Below, piece by piece: positions 37,842-48,656 of a stretch of DNA of 64,000 nucleotides. The notes under the pieces are model-generated. The model saw only the letters and a list, made by a program, of their open reading frames with translations, was not told where the DNA came from and did no database searches. The position numbers were made by a program, and so were the translations under genes. The stretch covers positions 39,922 through 103,921 of the forward strand of contig NZ_WHOB01000082.1 in assembly GCF_013141775.1 (NCBI RefSeq), written 5' to 3'. Source of the DNA: Paenibacillus phytohabitans. Lineage in GTDB: Bacteria > Bacillota > Bacilli > Paenibacillales > Paenibacillaceae. Every line of letters starts with the position of its first letter. Positions within the stretch are counted from its first letter, which is position 1.

Positions 37842-40800
37842 ATGGATAATGAATTCTTTAAAAGGCCTATACTCAATTCGCCTTATGAATATCCCGCAAG
37901 ATATTGGGAGTTAGATGAACAGGGTCAGCCTACGCATCAAATTATTAAAAATAGAAGGCCTGCTGAGTTTATCACACCGATTCCGAAACCTAGAAAAAGG
38001 AAAGAATCAGTCGAACAAATACAGATAGTATTTGATGAAGGCAGGGGGCTTTCAAATGAGGAACAACAGTACGATCCGACTTCAATTATCAATGCCATAA
38101 GGCGCCATGTGGATCACTGGAGAAACCTTCCGAATCCTGCTGATTGGCACGTCACTCCGGAAACCGCTCGCTTGCTCCAACATTGGCGTAATCATAAGTT
38201 CAGCAATACGCGCCCATTTTTTTGTCAGGTTGAGGCGGTTGAAACAGCCATTTGGTTAATAGAGGTAGCTCCAAAGATAGGTAAAACGGGGAAAGATTTT
38301 CTCGACCATCTTGTTAATGCTAGTAATGATGCGAATCCAGAACTGATAAGGCTTGCTCTTAAACTCGCAACTGGTGCAGGTAAGACGACTGTTATGGCAA
38401 TGGTCATAGCTTGGCAAACAATTAATGCAGTTCGTCGACCTACAAGCAACAACTTTACGCGTGCCTTCTTAATTGTTGCGCCTGGATTAACCATTCGTGA
38501 TCGGCTTAGGGTTCTTCAACCTAACGATCCTGATAGCTACTATAAAAGCCGGGAACTTGTCCCTAATGATATGCTTGGAATTTTGGATCGCACCAAGATT
38601 GTAATTACTAACTACCATGCGTTCAAGCTGCGCGAGCGGGTAGAACTTTCGAAGAGTGGTCGCGCACTTCTTCAGGGAAGAGGTGATGAACTCAATACCT
38701 TAGAATCTGAAGGGCAAATGCTCCAACGTGTACTACCGGAACTTATGGGTATGAAAAATATCATGATCATTAACGATGAAGCGCATCACTGCTATCGCGA
38801 GAAAAGGAGTTCAGATTCCGAAACGGAGATGACTCCGGATGAGAAGAAAGAGGCTGAGCTAAATAACGAGGCTGCTCGGTTATGGATTTCGGGTCTCGAA
38901 ACAGTTAATAGGAAAATCGGCATTAGACGAGTCATTGATTTATCAGCAACGCCGTTTTTCCTTAGTGGGTCGGGATATGCCGAGGGAACGCTGTTCCCTT
39001 GGACTGTGAGTGATTTTTCTCTAATGGACGCAATCGAGTGCGGTATAGTAAAACTCCCTCGTGTTCCCGTGGCTGACAATATCCCAGGAGGGGAGATGCC
39101 AAAATTTCGTAACCTTTGGGAGCATATTCGTGCTCGAATGCCGAAGAAGGGTCGAGGCAAAGCAAATTCACTCGATCCACTCAGCTTACCGGTTGAATTG
39201 TTAACCGCTTTAGACGCATTGTACGGTCACTACGAAAAAACCTTTGAGCTGTGGAAAGCTAGTGGTATTAAAGTGCCTCCGTGTTTTATTGTTGTTTGCA
39301 ATAATACTTCAACTTCTAAATTGGTCTATGATTATATATCTGGTTTTCAGCGTTTACATGATGATGGGTCTACAACTCTTGAGAATGGACGTTTAAAGCT
39401 TTTTCGTAATTTCGATGACATGGGAACCCCAATTGCACGTCCACGTACTCTTTTGATCGATAGCGAACAACTGGAATCTGGCAATGCATTAGACAAAGAC
39501 TTTCGGAATATGGCTGATGATGAAATACAACGTTTTCGTAGAGAAATTATAGAACGAACTGGTGATCGCCGACGGGCTGAGGCGCTCTCCGATCAAGAAT
39601 TGCTTCGCGAGGTCATGAATACAGTAGGTAGAGAAGGTCGCCTTGGCGAGTCAATCCGGTGCGTTGTATCAGTATCCATGCTTACAGAAGGGTGGGACGC
39701 TAACACGGTGACACATGTGTTAGGCGTTCGCGCTTTCAGCACTCAGCTTTTATGTGAGCAAGTTATCGGCCGTGCTTTGCGTCGACAATCATACGAATTA
39801 AATGAAGAAGGTCGTTTTAATGTGGAGTATGCGGATGTACTGGGAATACCGTTTGATTTTACAGCTAAGCCAGTTATTGCACCTCCACAGCCTCCTCGGG
39901 AAACAATTCATGTTAAAGCTGTTCGTCCTGAGCGTGATCATCTTGAGATAAAATTTCCACGGGTAGAAGGCTATCGAGTGGAACTTCCTGAAGAACGACT
40001 TTCTGCCATATTCGATACAGATTCCATTCTGGAACTAACTCCAGATATTGTTGGTCCTTCAATCACGAAAAACGCAGGGATTATAGGTGAAGACGTTGAC
40101 TTGAGTTTAGGACACTTAAAAGATATACGTGACTCGACACTACTTTTTAATATTACTAAACGTTTGCTCTACACGAAGTGGCGGGATAGTGGAGAAGATC
40201 CTAAACTTCATCTTTTTGGACAGCTCAAGAAGATAACTACGCAATGGCTTGACACTTGCTTGCTCTGCAGAGGGGGAACTTACCCAGCGCTGTTAATGTA
40301 CCAAGAATTGGCGGATATGGCCTGTAATCGTATTACTGCTGGCATTACCCGATCCTTGATAGGTGACAGGCCTGTCAAGGTTGTGCTTGACGCCTATAAC
40401 CCTAGTGGATCTACGAAGTATGTAAGTTTCAATACGTCGAAAGTAACACGTTGGGAAACAGATGTTAGGAAAAGTCACGTAAACTGGGTGATATTGGACA
40501 GCGACTGGGAAGCTGAATTTTGCCGTGTTGCCGAGTCACATCCATTGGTAAAGTCATATGTCAAAAACCATAATCTTGGGATGATGGTTCCGTACCGTTA
40601 TGGTTCTGAGCAAAGGAAGTACATTCCTGACTTTATTGTTCTCGTTGATGATGGACGTGGAGATGAAGATTTGCTACATTTGGTAATTGAAATAAAAGGG
40701 TATAGGCGTGAGGATGCTAAAGAAAAGAAAACTACAATGGATACCTACTGGATTCCTGGAGTTAATAACCTTGGCCGATATGGTCGTTGGTCTTTCGCTG

Positions 40801-40898
40801 AATTTACACAGGTTTACGAGATCGAATCTGATTTTGAGGCAAGATTACGGTCCGAATTCAATGAAATGATTATTTCAGCTACAACTCGAACGATGTAA
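37842..40898 (+). CDS. Type III restriction enzyme Res subunit-like SF2 helicase/endonuclease.
   Basis: Motif I 'LATGAGKTTVMAMV', motif II 'IINDEAHH', C-terminal PD-(D/E)xK 'IPDFIV...LVIEIKGY'. 1018 aa. Confidence 0.75.
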   Translation: MDNEFFKRPILNSPYEYPARYWELDEQGQPTHQIIKNRRPAEFITPIPKPRKRKESVEQIQIVFDEGRGLSNEEQQYDPTSIINAIRRHVDHWRNLPNPADWHVTPETARLLQHWRNHKFSNTRPFFCQVEAVETAIWLIEVAPKIGKTGKDFLDHLVNASNDANPELIRLALKLATGAGKTTVMAMVIAWQTINAVRRPTSNNFTRAFLIVAPGLTIRDRLRVLQPNDPDSYYKSRELVPNDMLGILDRTKIVITNYHAFKLRERVELSKSGRALLQGRGDELNTLESEGQMLQRVLPELMGMKNIMIINDEAHHCYREKRSSDSETEMTPDEKKEAELNNEAARLWISGLETVNRKIGIRRVIDLSATPFFLSGSGYAEGTLFPWTVSDFSLMDAIECGIVKLPRVPVADNIPGGEMPKFRNLWEHIRARMPKKGRGKANSLDPLSLPVELLTALDALYGHYEKTFELWKASGIKVPPCFIVVCNNTSTSKLVYDYISGFQRLHDDGSTTLENGRLKLFRNFDDMGTPIARPRTLLIDSEQLESGNALDKDFRNMADDEIQRFRREIIERTGDRRRAEALSDQELLREVMNTVGREGRLGESIRCVVSVSMLTEGWDANTVTHVLGVRAFSTQLLCEQVIGRALRRQSYELNEEGRFNVEYADVLGIPFDFTAKPVIAPPQPPRETIHVKAVRPERDHLEIKFPRVEGYRVELPEERLSAIFDTDSILELTPDIVGPSITKNAGIIGEDVDLSLGHLKDIRDSTLLFNITKRLLYTKWRDSGEDPKLHLFGQLKKITTQWLDTCLLCRGGTYPALLMYQELADMACNRITAGITRSLIGDRPVKVVLDAYNPSGSTKYVSFNTSKVTRWETDVRKSHVNWVILDSDWEAEFCRVAESHPLVKSYVKNHNLGMMVPYRYGSEQRKYIPDFIVLVDDGRGDEDLLHLVIEIKGYRREDAKEKKTTMDTYWIPGVNNLGRYGRWSFAEFTQVYEIESDFEARLRSEFNEMIISATTRTM

Positions 40899-40912
40899 AG
40901 GAGAAGTATTAA

Positions 40913-43708
40913 TTGGACGAATATACAACAAGGAGAACGGTTGAAATTCTTAGACACGATGAGGCAACCCGCAAGAATATTCCTACGGTGGAATACCATT
41001 CTGTCATGTCTAAGGAAGAGCAAGAGACTATTCGAGTTTCCTATAATCGTCGGAATGTTGATCTTGATCCACAATTGGTTTGGCGTGGGAAAGACGATCA
41101 GGATTGGTCCGATCTGGTGGTTCAAACACCGCCTCTTTATATTCAGGAGAAGGTTCATCCCAAATTCTTGATCGATGATCTGCAGCGTCGTTCCGATAAT
41201 GAGGAGAAATTGGACGACCTCCAGCTTGATTTATTTGACGATTTTAATGGTTTGCTAAATGAAAATGCAAAAACTGAGTTTTATCAGCATAATGCCAACT
41301 GGACAAATCGAATGATACTCGGTGACAGTCTTCAAGTCATGGCCTCACTTGCAGAACGTGAGGGCTTGCGCGGCAATGTGCAATGTATCTATATTGATCC
41401 GCCTTATGGTATAAAGTTTAATTCAAACTTCCAGTGGTCGACTGCGAACCGAGATGTAAAAGATGGAAACACAGGTCACATCACTCGCGAACCAGAGCAA
41501 GTTAAGGCTTTTCGAGATACTTGGCGAGATGGGATTCATTCTTACTTGACTTATTTAAGGGACAGACTAACTGCTGCACGAGATTTGTTGAGTGATACTG
41601 GTTGTGTTGTTCTTCAAATCGGAGATGAAAACGTCCATCGGGCTAGGGTGCTTCTTGACGAAGTTTTTGGTGATAGTAATTTTGTCTGTCTCATTACTGT
41701 AAAGAAGACACATCACCAAGAATCCAACTACGTTCCGTCAGTGTCTGACTATTTGGTCGTGTATGCTAAGTCTAAGACTCAACTTAAGTATCGTCCTATT
41801 CGCCCTAAAAAGGCGTTGGACGGAATAGATTTCTCAAAATTTAACAAGACGCTAGACTCAGAACTACGTGTGAACTCGATTCCAAAGGAATGGAAGGAAA
41901 ATCCGGAGTTAATTCCAGAAGATCGCGTACCAATTCGAACAGACATTACTTTAACGCAGGATGGGGATTCTCAGAACTCGCAGGTGCCTTGGAATGTCTT
42001 TTCCAAAGAATACTATCCAGGTAAAGGGCGGCACTGGAGAACACATGAGGAAGGACGGCGGCGTCTAGAATATGCTGGCCGAGTTTCCAAAGGTACTACT
42101 AGACCATTCTATATCGAACCGTGGAACGATAAACCGGCTGCACCAAACAACAACATCTGGACCAAGAATCTTGCAGGTGCACAGCATAAGGTTTATGTTG
42201 TTCAGACAAACGTAAGGATTGTTGAACAAATACTCTTGATGTTTAGCGATCCAGGTGATCTCATACTTGATCCTACATGCGGCTCTGGAACTACTGCATA
42301 CGTTGCGGAGCAGTGGGGACGTCGTTGGATTACGATTGACACTTCACGAGTAGCCCTTGCTTTAGCGCGCGCAAGGGTAATGGGAGCAACATACCCGTAT
42401 TATTATTTGGCCGACAGTAGGGATGGTCAAATTAAAGAGGCTGAGTTAACTCGCACCGCACTTTCTGAAGGACAGACACACAATGACATACGTCATGGTT
42501 TTGTCTATGATCGAGTACCGCATATCACGTTAAAATCGATTGCCAACAATTCAGAGATTGATGTTATTTGGGAGAGATTTGACGATATTCTTGAACCAAT
42601 TCGGAAAGCCTTAAATCGAGAAACTGGGAATGAGTTTAAAGAATGGGAGATTACACGAGAGGCTGACGAGAAATGGTCAGTAGGTGCGAAGGAACTGCAT
42701 GCTGAGTGGTGGAATCACCGTATCGCCCGGCAAAAAGAAATAGACGCATCTATTGCAGCAAAGGCTGAATTCGAATATCTCTATGATAAACCGTTTGAAG
42801 ATAATAAGAAAATTCGTGTTGCAGGGCCATTTACCGTAGAGAGTCTGTTGCCGCACCGTGTTCTAGCGGTGGATGAGAATGACGAGTTGATTGATTTCAT
42901 TGTAGAATCAAAGGAAAGTTATGATGAGGTGCAGGATTTCATAATGATGATTCTTGAAAATCTGAGGACTGCGGGCGTGCAACAGGCCAATAAAGAAGAC
43001 AAAATTAATTTCTCCTCTGTTACGCCTTGGCCTGGAGATTTAATATGTGCTGAAGGACGTTTTGCCGATGAATCTGGGGATTCGGTTATTGAAAAGCGTG
43101 CTGCAATCTTTGTTGGGCCTGAATTTGGAACTGTTTCGAGACCTGATCTTGTTGCCGCTGCACGTGAGGCAGGTGACGCAGGCTTTGATATACTCATTGC
43201 CTGTGCTTTTAATTATGATGCTCATTCTTCAGAGTTTCATAAGATTGGACGTTTACCGGTACTTAAAGCACGTATGAACGCAGATTTGCATATGGCCAAT
43301 GATCTCAAGAATAATGGAAAAGGCAATTTATTTGTAATTTTTGGCGAGCCAGATATAGACCTCGTATATAGCGGGGATGATAAAGTTCAGGTAAAGATTA
43401 ACGGAGTTGATGTCTTCCATCCAAGCACAGGTGAGGTACGTAGCGACGGGGCTGACGGGATTGCTTGTTGGTTTATCGATACTGATTATAATGAGGAAAG
43501 TTTTTTTGTACGCCATGCCTATTTCTTGGGGGCCGATGATCCCTATAAGGCTCTCAAAAATACACTCAAGGCTGAAATTGACATAGAATCATGGGAAACA
43601 TTAAACAGTGATATATCGCGAACTTTTATTAAACCTAAAAGTGGACGCATAGCCGTCAAGGTTATCAACCATCTTGGGGATGAAGTGATGAAAGTCTTTC
43701 GTTTATAG
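40913..43708 (+). CDS. Beta-class N6-adenine/N4-cytosine DNA methyltransferase (Type III Mod-like) with a long C-terminal extension. TTG start.
   Basis: Motif IV 'IYIDPPYGI' precedes motif I 'ILDPTCGSGTTAYVA'. AAAGGAGA RBS sits 8 nt before TTG. 931 aa. Confidence 0.75.
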   Translation: MDEYTTRRTVEILRHDEATRKNIPTVEYHSVMSKEEQETIRVSYNRRNVDLDPQLVWRGKDDQDWSDLVVQTPPLYIQEKVHPKFLIDDLQRRSDNEEKLDDLQLDLFDDFNGLLNENAKTEFYQHNANWTNRMILGDSLQVMASLAEREGLRGNVQCIYIDPPYGIKFNSNFQWSTANRDVKDGNTGHITREPEQVKAFRDTWRDGIHSYLTYLRDRLTAARDLLSDTGCVVLQIGDENVHRARVLLDEVFGDSNFVCLITVKKTHHQESNYVPSVSDYLVVYAKSKTQLKYRPIRPKKALDGIDFSKFNKTLDSELRVNSIPKEWKENPELIPEDRVPIRTDITLTQDGDSQNSQVPWNVFSKEYYPGKGRHWRTHEEGRRRLEYAGRVSKGTTRPFYIEPWNDKPAAPNNNIWTKNLAGAQHKVYVVQTNVRIVEQILLMFSDPGDLILDPTCGSGTTAYVAEQWGRRWITIDTSRVALALARARVMGATYPYYYLADSRDGQIKEAELTRTALSEGQTHNDIRHGFVYDRVPHITLKSIANNSEIDVIWERFDDILEPIRKALNRETGNEFKEWEITREADEKWSVGAKELHAEWWNHRIARQKEIDASIAAKAEFEYLYDKPFEDNKKIRVAGPFTVESLLPHRVLAVDENDELIDFIVESKESYDEVQDFIMMILENLRTAGVQQANKEDKINFSSVTPWPGDLICAEGRFADESGDSVIEKRAAIFVGPEFGTVSRPDLVAAAREAGDAGFDILIACAFNYDAHSSEFHKIGRLPVLKARMNADLHMANDLKNNGKGNLFVIFGEPDIDLVYSGDDKVQVKINGVDVFHPSTGEVRSDGADGIACWFIDTDYNEESFFVRHAYFLGADDPYKALKNTLKAEIDIESWETLNSDISRTFIKPKSGRIAVKVINHLGDEVMKVFRL

Positions 43709-45214
43709 CAAATGATTCAAATGTGGGCAACATTAAGGACAAAAACATTCTAACCTTTAAGTTAATAATCTATGTAGAGTGAACTTAAAAATCTAACTTG
43801 CTGTATGGACGAAATCCTGGGTAGCAAGGAAGGCGTCTATCAGCTGGCCATCATTCTTAAGTTCTTCTTAATATAGTAGGGACTCATAAACTTAAATTAC
43901 TGGCCTAAGCGAATAGACGAAATACTAAGATACTGCAATTCATATGAGCGCCTTTTGGTGGGTGTGGTGGAATGGAAAAAAGACCGAATCAATATTAAAT
44001 TATTACCAAAGACCAAGCGTTAAAGGAAACATATGAAGTTTTAAGAAATAAACACATCCCAGAAGGGTGAAAAAAGATTTTCACAATTTAATAATGGTGA
44101 AAACTACCAAACAAAGTTTTCCTGGAAATTATTAGGAAATAAGTGTTGGTCACAAGGTGCTCTACTCAGTACATTGATAGTAGTAAAAAAGGATTGCATC
44201 ACGAGCTCGTAACCACAAAAAACTTAATTTATAAGAATCATTTGCCGATTCATTTTTTGGAGGTGGATTTAGAGGAACCTGAGTATTGGTTGGATGTGTG
44301 TATTCGCTTGCATGATTACTGATGAAGAGAATAAACTGTATTTGGGTGGGAAACTAACAACAAACATTAATGGTTTATGAGAAAATGGGCGAGTTACCTT
44401 AAGGCAGGTCTTACAGACATTTGGATTGTTAAATGGGAGGAAAGAACCTCAATTCAAACATAAAAAAAGACCTGATTTACGGAAAAAATTATATAAATTT
44501 ATAATTCATGATACCTCCTTAAAAGCGTGATCCATACGCTACAGCGAAACGAGGATTTGAACTTTCACGGTTCGCCGCTTTAGACCACATACAACTATAG
44601 AAGGATGCCCAATCGGGTATCCTTTATTTCGCTTTATAGAATCGTATCATAAATAGTAGTTAAGTAGAGTGGAGAATAATTATTATTTTTTTATTTTTAA
44701 TTATGATTTCACTTTCATTCCCCCAACACCTCCCCAACAGAAACCTCCAACGCTCTCGCAATAGCAACCACCTCATAATCCTGCATAAGTCTATATTGAC
44801 CTTCCAATCGCTATAAACTGGTTGGGCTACTTTCTAAGCCGAAGGTTTGTAACCTGGCGAGAAAATCCTTTTGCTTCATTCGCTTAGCTTTTTGAATGGA
44901 CCACTCGGGTTCTGATGATATTTTTGTCACCTGGTGGTTCTGGGCAATGCTTCATTTCGAAGTCGCCTCACAATATTTTATTTTATTTCGATATTCGCAT
45001 TAAAATAATACTTACCTCGCATACAATTGGATTAATACGCACTGAAATTTCTATATATCGTCTATAGACATACCCTTCCAGAAAGGAGGGAGTGTAATTC
45101 AACAACTAATGCACAAATACGAGGAGGAAAAGCGCAAGTTGAATGAACTCGGGCAGTGGTCACTGGAGCAGGGTATTTCGTTAAGCGGCAATGTAGCAAG
45201 CCCAGAGTCGTAGA

Positions 45215-45589
45215 GTGGATGAACTTATTAATCAGATGTATCAAGAAAAGAACGGATATTCACATGCGTTTCGGTTAAACTTCTGTCGTGGAGGAGATGT
45301 GGTGAGCTTTCCAGTATGGTTTATAGAAACGATTCGAGGTCGATTGGATGAGGTGAGCGCACGGATTGAACGTCAATCGGAGCCTAGACAAGCTTTTGAA
45401 GAAGAGCAAAAAGCTTTTCAAGCGTTGTTTGTCTCCATGGATATTGCACGTAAGCCAGAGTTTGAGTATTGGGAAGATAAGCTTTCTTTAAAGCACTCCG
45501 TTATTTATGAACGTCTATATCTACAAGGGTTTAAGGATGGAATGCAGCTTGCTAATGCATTTGCTGCTCCTTCTATTCTCTCAGATTAA
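45215..45589 (+). CDS. Hypothetical protein (GTG start), preceded by a 34-codon ORF at 45109-45213.
   Basis: ORF only. No motif I can name. Confidence 0.3.
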   Translation: MDELINQMYQEKNGYSHAFRLNFCRGGDVVSFPVWFIETIRGRLDEVSARIERQSEPRQAFEEEQKAFQALFVSMDIARKPEFEYWEDKLSLKHSVIYERLYLQGFKDGMQLANAFAAPSILSD

Positions 45590-45733
45590 GACGGAATCCA
45601 AGGTATACGTTAACTTTATGTTGGGGCTGTCCATGCGACAGTCTTTTTTTGTTGTGTATTTTTGGAAGGTAATCCTTCCCATATTGTCGAATTACCATAC
45701 ATATTGTAAATCCAGATGATATGAGGTTGGGCT

Positions 45734-46423
45734 ATGTTTAAAGCACTGTTGTCTCTCTTCAAAAAGTCAGACGCTAAACCGTCACTGGCTGTGCGTAAGG
45801 CACCAACTCCAAAGTCGAAGCCGAAGGTAGCCCCCACACGAATTGGAGAGTTAGGCGAGCATAAAATCAATATCCAACTTGACCAACTACCCAAGGAGTG
45901 TAAACCGTTAAGCGATCTGTTGCTCCCTAATTCTAGGTCACGAACAGGTTACACCCAGGTAGATCATGTTGTTATTTCTCCATATTGCTTATTTGTCATC
46001 GAGACGAAAAACTACAATGGGTAAATTAAGGGTGGACGGACGGATCAGCAATGGTCAGTGAGCAATCGTTATAAGATGTATAATCCGCTGAAGCAGAACT
46101 ACGGGCATATCAGGGCCATTGAGAGTCTGATAAAAGGTGTAGCAGTAGTGAAGTTTGTCTCTATGATCTCATTCACAATGAGATGTCGGTTTAGTATTGA
46201 TCCTGAGCTTCGGAAGATTCATTCGGACGAGCTGGTTGTCTATGATGTGGAACTAAGTGAGTTTATCTCTAGGAAGCTGATTAGTTTGAAGAATGGAACT
46301 CCTGAGCCTCCCATTTCTGTGGCGCAGGCCCAGACCATATACGATCATTTAGTTCAGGCTAATATCACCGATCCCGAGATTCGTAAGCTTCATATACAGA
46401 GAATAAAGGGGAATAAGGTGTAG
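45734..46423 (+). pseudogene. NERD-domain nuclease-related gene interrupted by an in-frame TAA at 46022-46024.
   Basis: 'QVDHVVISPYCLFVIETKNYNG' then TAA then 'IKGGRTDQQWSV...YNPLKQNYGH' in the same reading frame. This is the NERD pattern hVvis..gifviEtKn..G.i.G......W. Confidence 0.6.
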
Positions 46424-46466
46424 CAACAGTAAAATACCTATCATTGGACTAAGGGAGTTAACATAC

Positions 46467-48656
46467 ATGATCAAACAACTACGAAGCTGGTGGAAGGATA
46501 CAGAGATATCTAACTTAATCGGCCGCAAAAAAGTGGACTTTTCCATCTTTCGTGATGGTACGCATATTCCCGTTGAGTTTCATCCGGATTTCCTGGAAGC
46601 GAATCAAGGTCAACAGCCTAACCTGGGTGAAGGAATAAAGGTTAAGCTCTTCTATGAAGATCGAGACTATGAAGCCACGCTATTTAAAATTGATCAAGCA
46701 TCCGCTAGTCGGGAAGCTCTTCAACTTCGCTATAACGGAAATCAGACGTTGAAGGAGTTGTTAATTGAAGTCTTCAAGCATTCCTATTCCTACATTATGC
46801 AAGAGAGAACGAATCAACTAGCAGATGATGCGAAGCGACCTCAGGTTGTTGTTCCTGAAGATCAAGCCGAATACATAGATTTCTTTGCGACAGGAGTTCC
46901 TTTCGAATACCGTTTAGAGTTCATAACGTATCAGCCGAAGCCTAATGTATGGTGGGTGAATCAGGGAACCACCATTCAAGCGGAGAAGGAAGCGGGGATT
47001 CTGTGGGCACCTCTACTGAATACTCAAGGCCGTAAGCTATATCACTGGGAGACGATGAAGGAGGTTAAACAAGGAGATATCATCCTTCATTACTCCAATA
47101 AGGCTATTCGTTATGTTAGCCAGGTTACAGATGCGGCAGTAGAAGCACCGAAACCAGGCTCTATGGCTAATACGGGTTGGCAAGAGGAAGGAAGCCTGGT
47201 TCGCACCAATTACGTAGAACTCATTCCGTTCATTGCGTTACAACAGTTCAATCAGCAAATTATGCAACTGAATATCACCCAAGGACCGCTCCATACTGGA
47301 GGCGGAGTGAATCAAGGGTATTTGTTCCGCTTTTCAAGACAAGGGCTTCAAGTGCTTCAGTCACTCACGACAGAAGTGAATTGGCCTAATTTTACTATTC
47401 TAGAGCAAGATGAGGTTGCCTCCAGTATGGAGAGCTTGCGTGAGGTGATTCCTATTCTACCACCATCCGATTCTAGCATTACAGCTTTTCTCCACCAAAT
47501 CCAATCCCACATCCGCCGCCAAGGCTTCTTTTTCCCAGAGCACCTGATCGAGAACTTCTACCTCTCGCTGAAGGCGAAGCCGTTTGTCATTCTGGCGGGG
47601 ATATCGGGGACGGGGAAGACACGCCTGGTGAAGCTGTTTGCGGAGGCGCTGGGGGCGACGCGGGATAATGAACAGTATACCTTGATTCCGGTGCGGCCGG
47701 ATTGGAGTGATCCTGCGGATCTGCTGGGGTATAAGGATCTGTCGGGCAGGTTCCAGCCGGGTCCGATGACGAAGGTGTTCGTGGAGGCGCGGCAGCCAGA
47801 GAATCGGCATAAGCCTTATTTTATCTGCCTGGATGAGATGAATTTGGCCCGGGTGGAGCATTATTTCAGTGATCTGTTAAGTGTGCTGGAAACGCAGGAG
47901 TGGCGGGACAGTGAGATTCAGACGCAGGAGCTTATCTCTCGTGCCTTGCTGGGTACACCTGAGGATCGAGAGATATATGGCGGCCTGGGCATCCCGGAGA
48001 ATGTGTTCCTGATCGGGACGGTGAATATGGATGAGACTACGCATCCTTTTAGCAAAAAAGTTCTGGACCGTGCAAGCACCCTGGAGTTCAATTACATCAA
48101 TCTGCAGCAGTATCCGCAAGGGGCTGAGCAGGACGCGGGTGATCCCGCTGATCTTAATGAGCTGAATCATCTCTTCCTCCGTTCCGATTATTTGCAGCTG
48201 GTGGATGCCTATGATACTCATCAGGAGCTCGTTGTGCGGACAACGGAGAGACTGGTTCAGATTAATACGCTGCTGGAGGATATCCATGCTCATGTGGGCT
48301 TCCGGGTGCGGGATGCGGTTTGCTTCTATATGATCTATAACGAGCGCTATGGTCTGATGGTTGAGGAAGAGGCGTTTGACTGGCAACTGCTGCAAAAGAT
48401 TCTGCCGCGTATCCAGGGAAGTCATTCCTCCGTGCGCCGGGTGCTGCTTAATCTGATGAAGGTTGCGATAGGTAGCAGTGCCGGCATTACGGTTAATGTT
48501 CGAGAACTCATGGACGATGATGCTTCGCCACTCTATCTGAGATGGGCTGCCGGGCAGAATCCGCCTGGGGTCAAGCATCCGCAAAGTGCCCGTAAATTGG
48601 CTTATATGCTTAGGAGGCTGGAGGAAGATGGATTCACCTCATACTGGCTCTCTTAA
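46467..48656 (+). CDS. McrB-like AAA+ GTPase (Type IV restriction) with a ~330-aa N-terminal putative DNA/modified-base-binding domain.
   Basis: 'FVILAGISGTGKTRL' (Walker A), 'FICLDEMNLARVEHYF' (Walker B/NxxR region), 'FLIGTVNMDE..LDRAST'. 729 aa. Confidence 0.8.
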   Translation: MIKQLRSWWKDTEISNLIGRKKVDFSIFRDGTHIPVEFHPDFLEANQGQQPNLGEGIKVKLFYEDRDYEATLFKIDQASASREALQLRYNGNQTLKELLIEVFKHSYSYIMQERTNQLADDAKRPQVVVPEDQAEYIDFFATGVPFEYRLEFITYQPKPNVWWVNQGTTIQAEKEAGILWAPLLNTQGRKLYHWETMKEVKQGDIILHYSNKAIRYVSQVTDAAVEAPKPGSMANTGWQEEGSLVRTNYVELIPFIALQQFNQQIMQLNITQGPLHTGGGVNQGYLFRFSRQGLQVLQSLTTEVNWPNFTILEQDEVASSMESLREVIPILPPSDSSITAFLHQIQSHIRRQGFFFPEHLIENFYLSLKAKPFVILAGISGTGKTRLVKLFAEALGATRDNEQYTLIPVRPDWSDPADLLGYKDLSGRFQPGPMTKVFVEARQPENRHKPYFICLDEMNLARVEHYFSDLLSVLETQEWRDSEIQTQELISRALLGTPEDREIYGGLGIPENVFLIGTVNMDETTHPFSKKVLDRASTLEFNYINLQQYPQGAEQDAGDPADLNELNHLFLRSDYLQLVDAYDTHQELVVRTTERLVQINTLLEDIHAHVGFRVRDAVCFYMIYNERYGLMVEEEAFDWQLLQKILPRIQGSHSSVRRVLLNLMKVAIGSSAGITVNVRELMDDDASPLYLRWAAGQNPPGVKHPQSARKLAYMLRRLEEDGFTSYWLS

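Noticed and set aside
37842-43708. BREX or DISARM interpretation of the helicase plus methyltransferase pair
   Set aside because: No PglZ, BrxC, DrmB or PLD partners. The motif order IV then I and the DEAH plus C-terminal PD-ExK fit Type III Res/Mod better.
44530-44600. tRNA-like 'GTTCAAATCC' T-loop sequence on the minus strand
   Set aside because: The flanking T-stem and acceptor stem do not pair. There is no cloverleaf. Probably chance.
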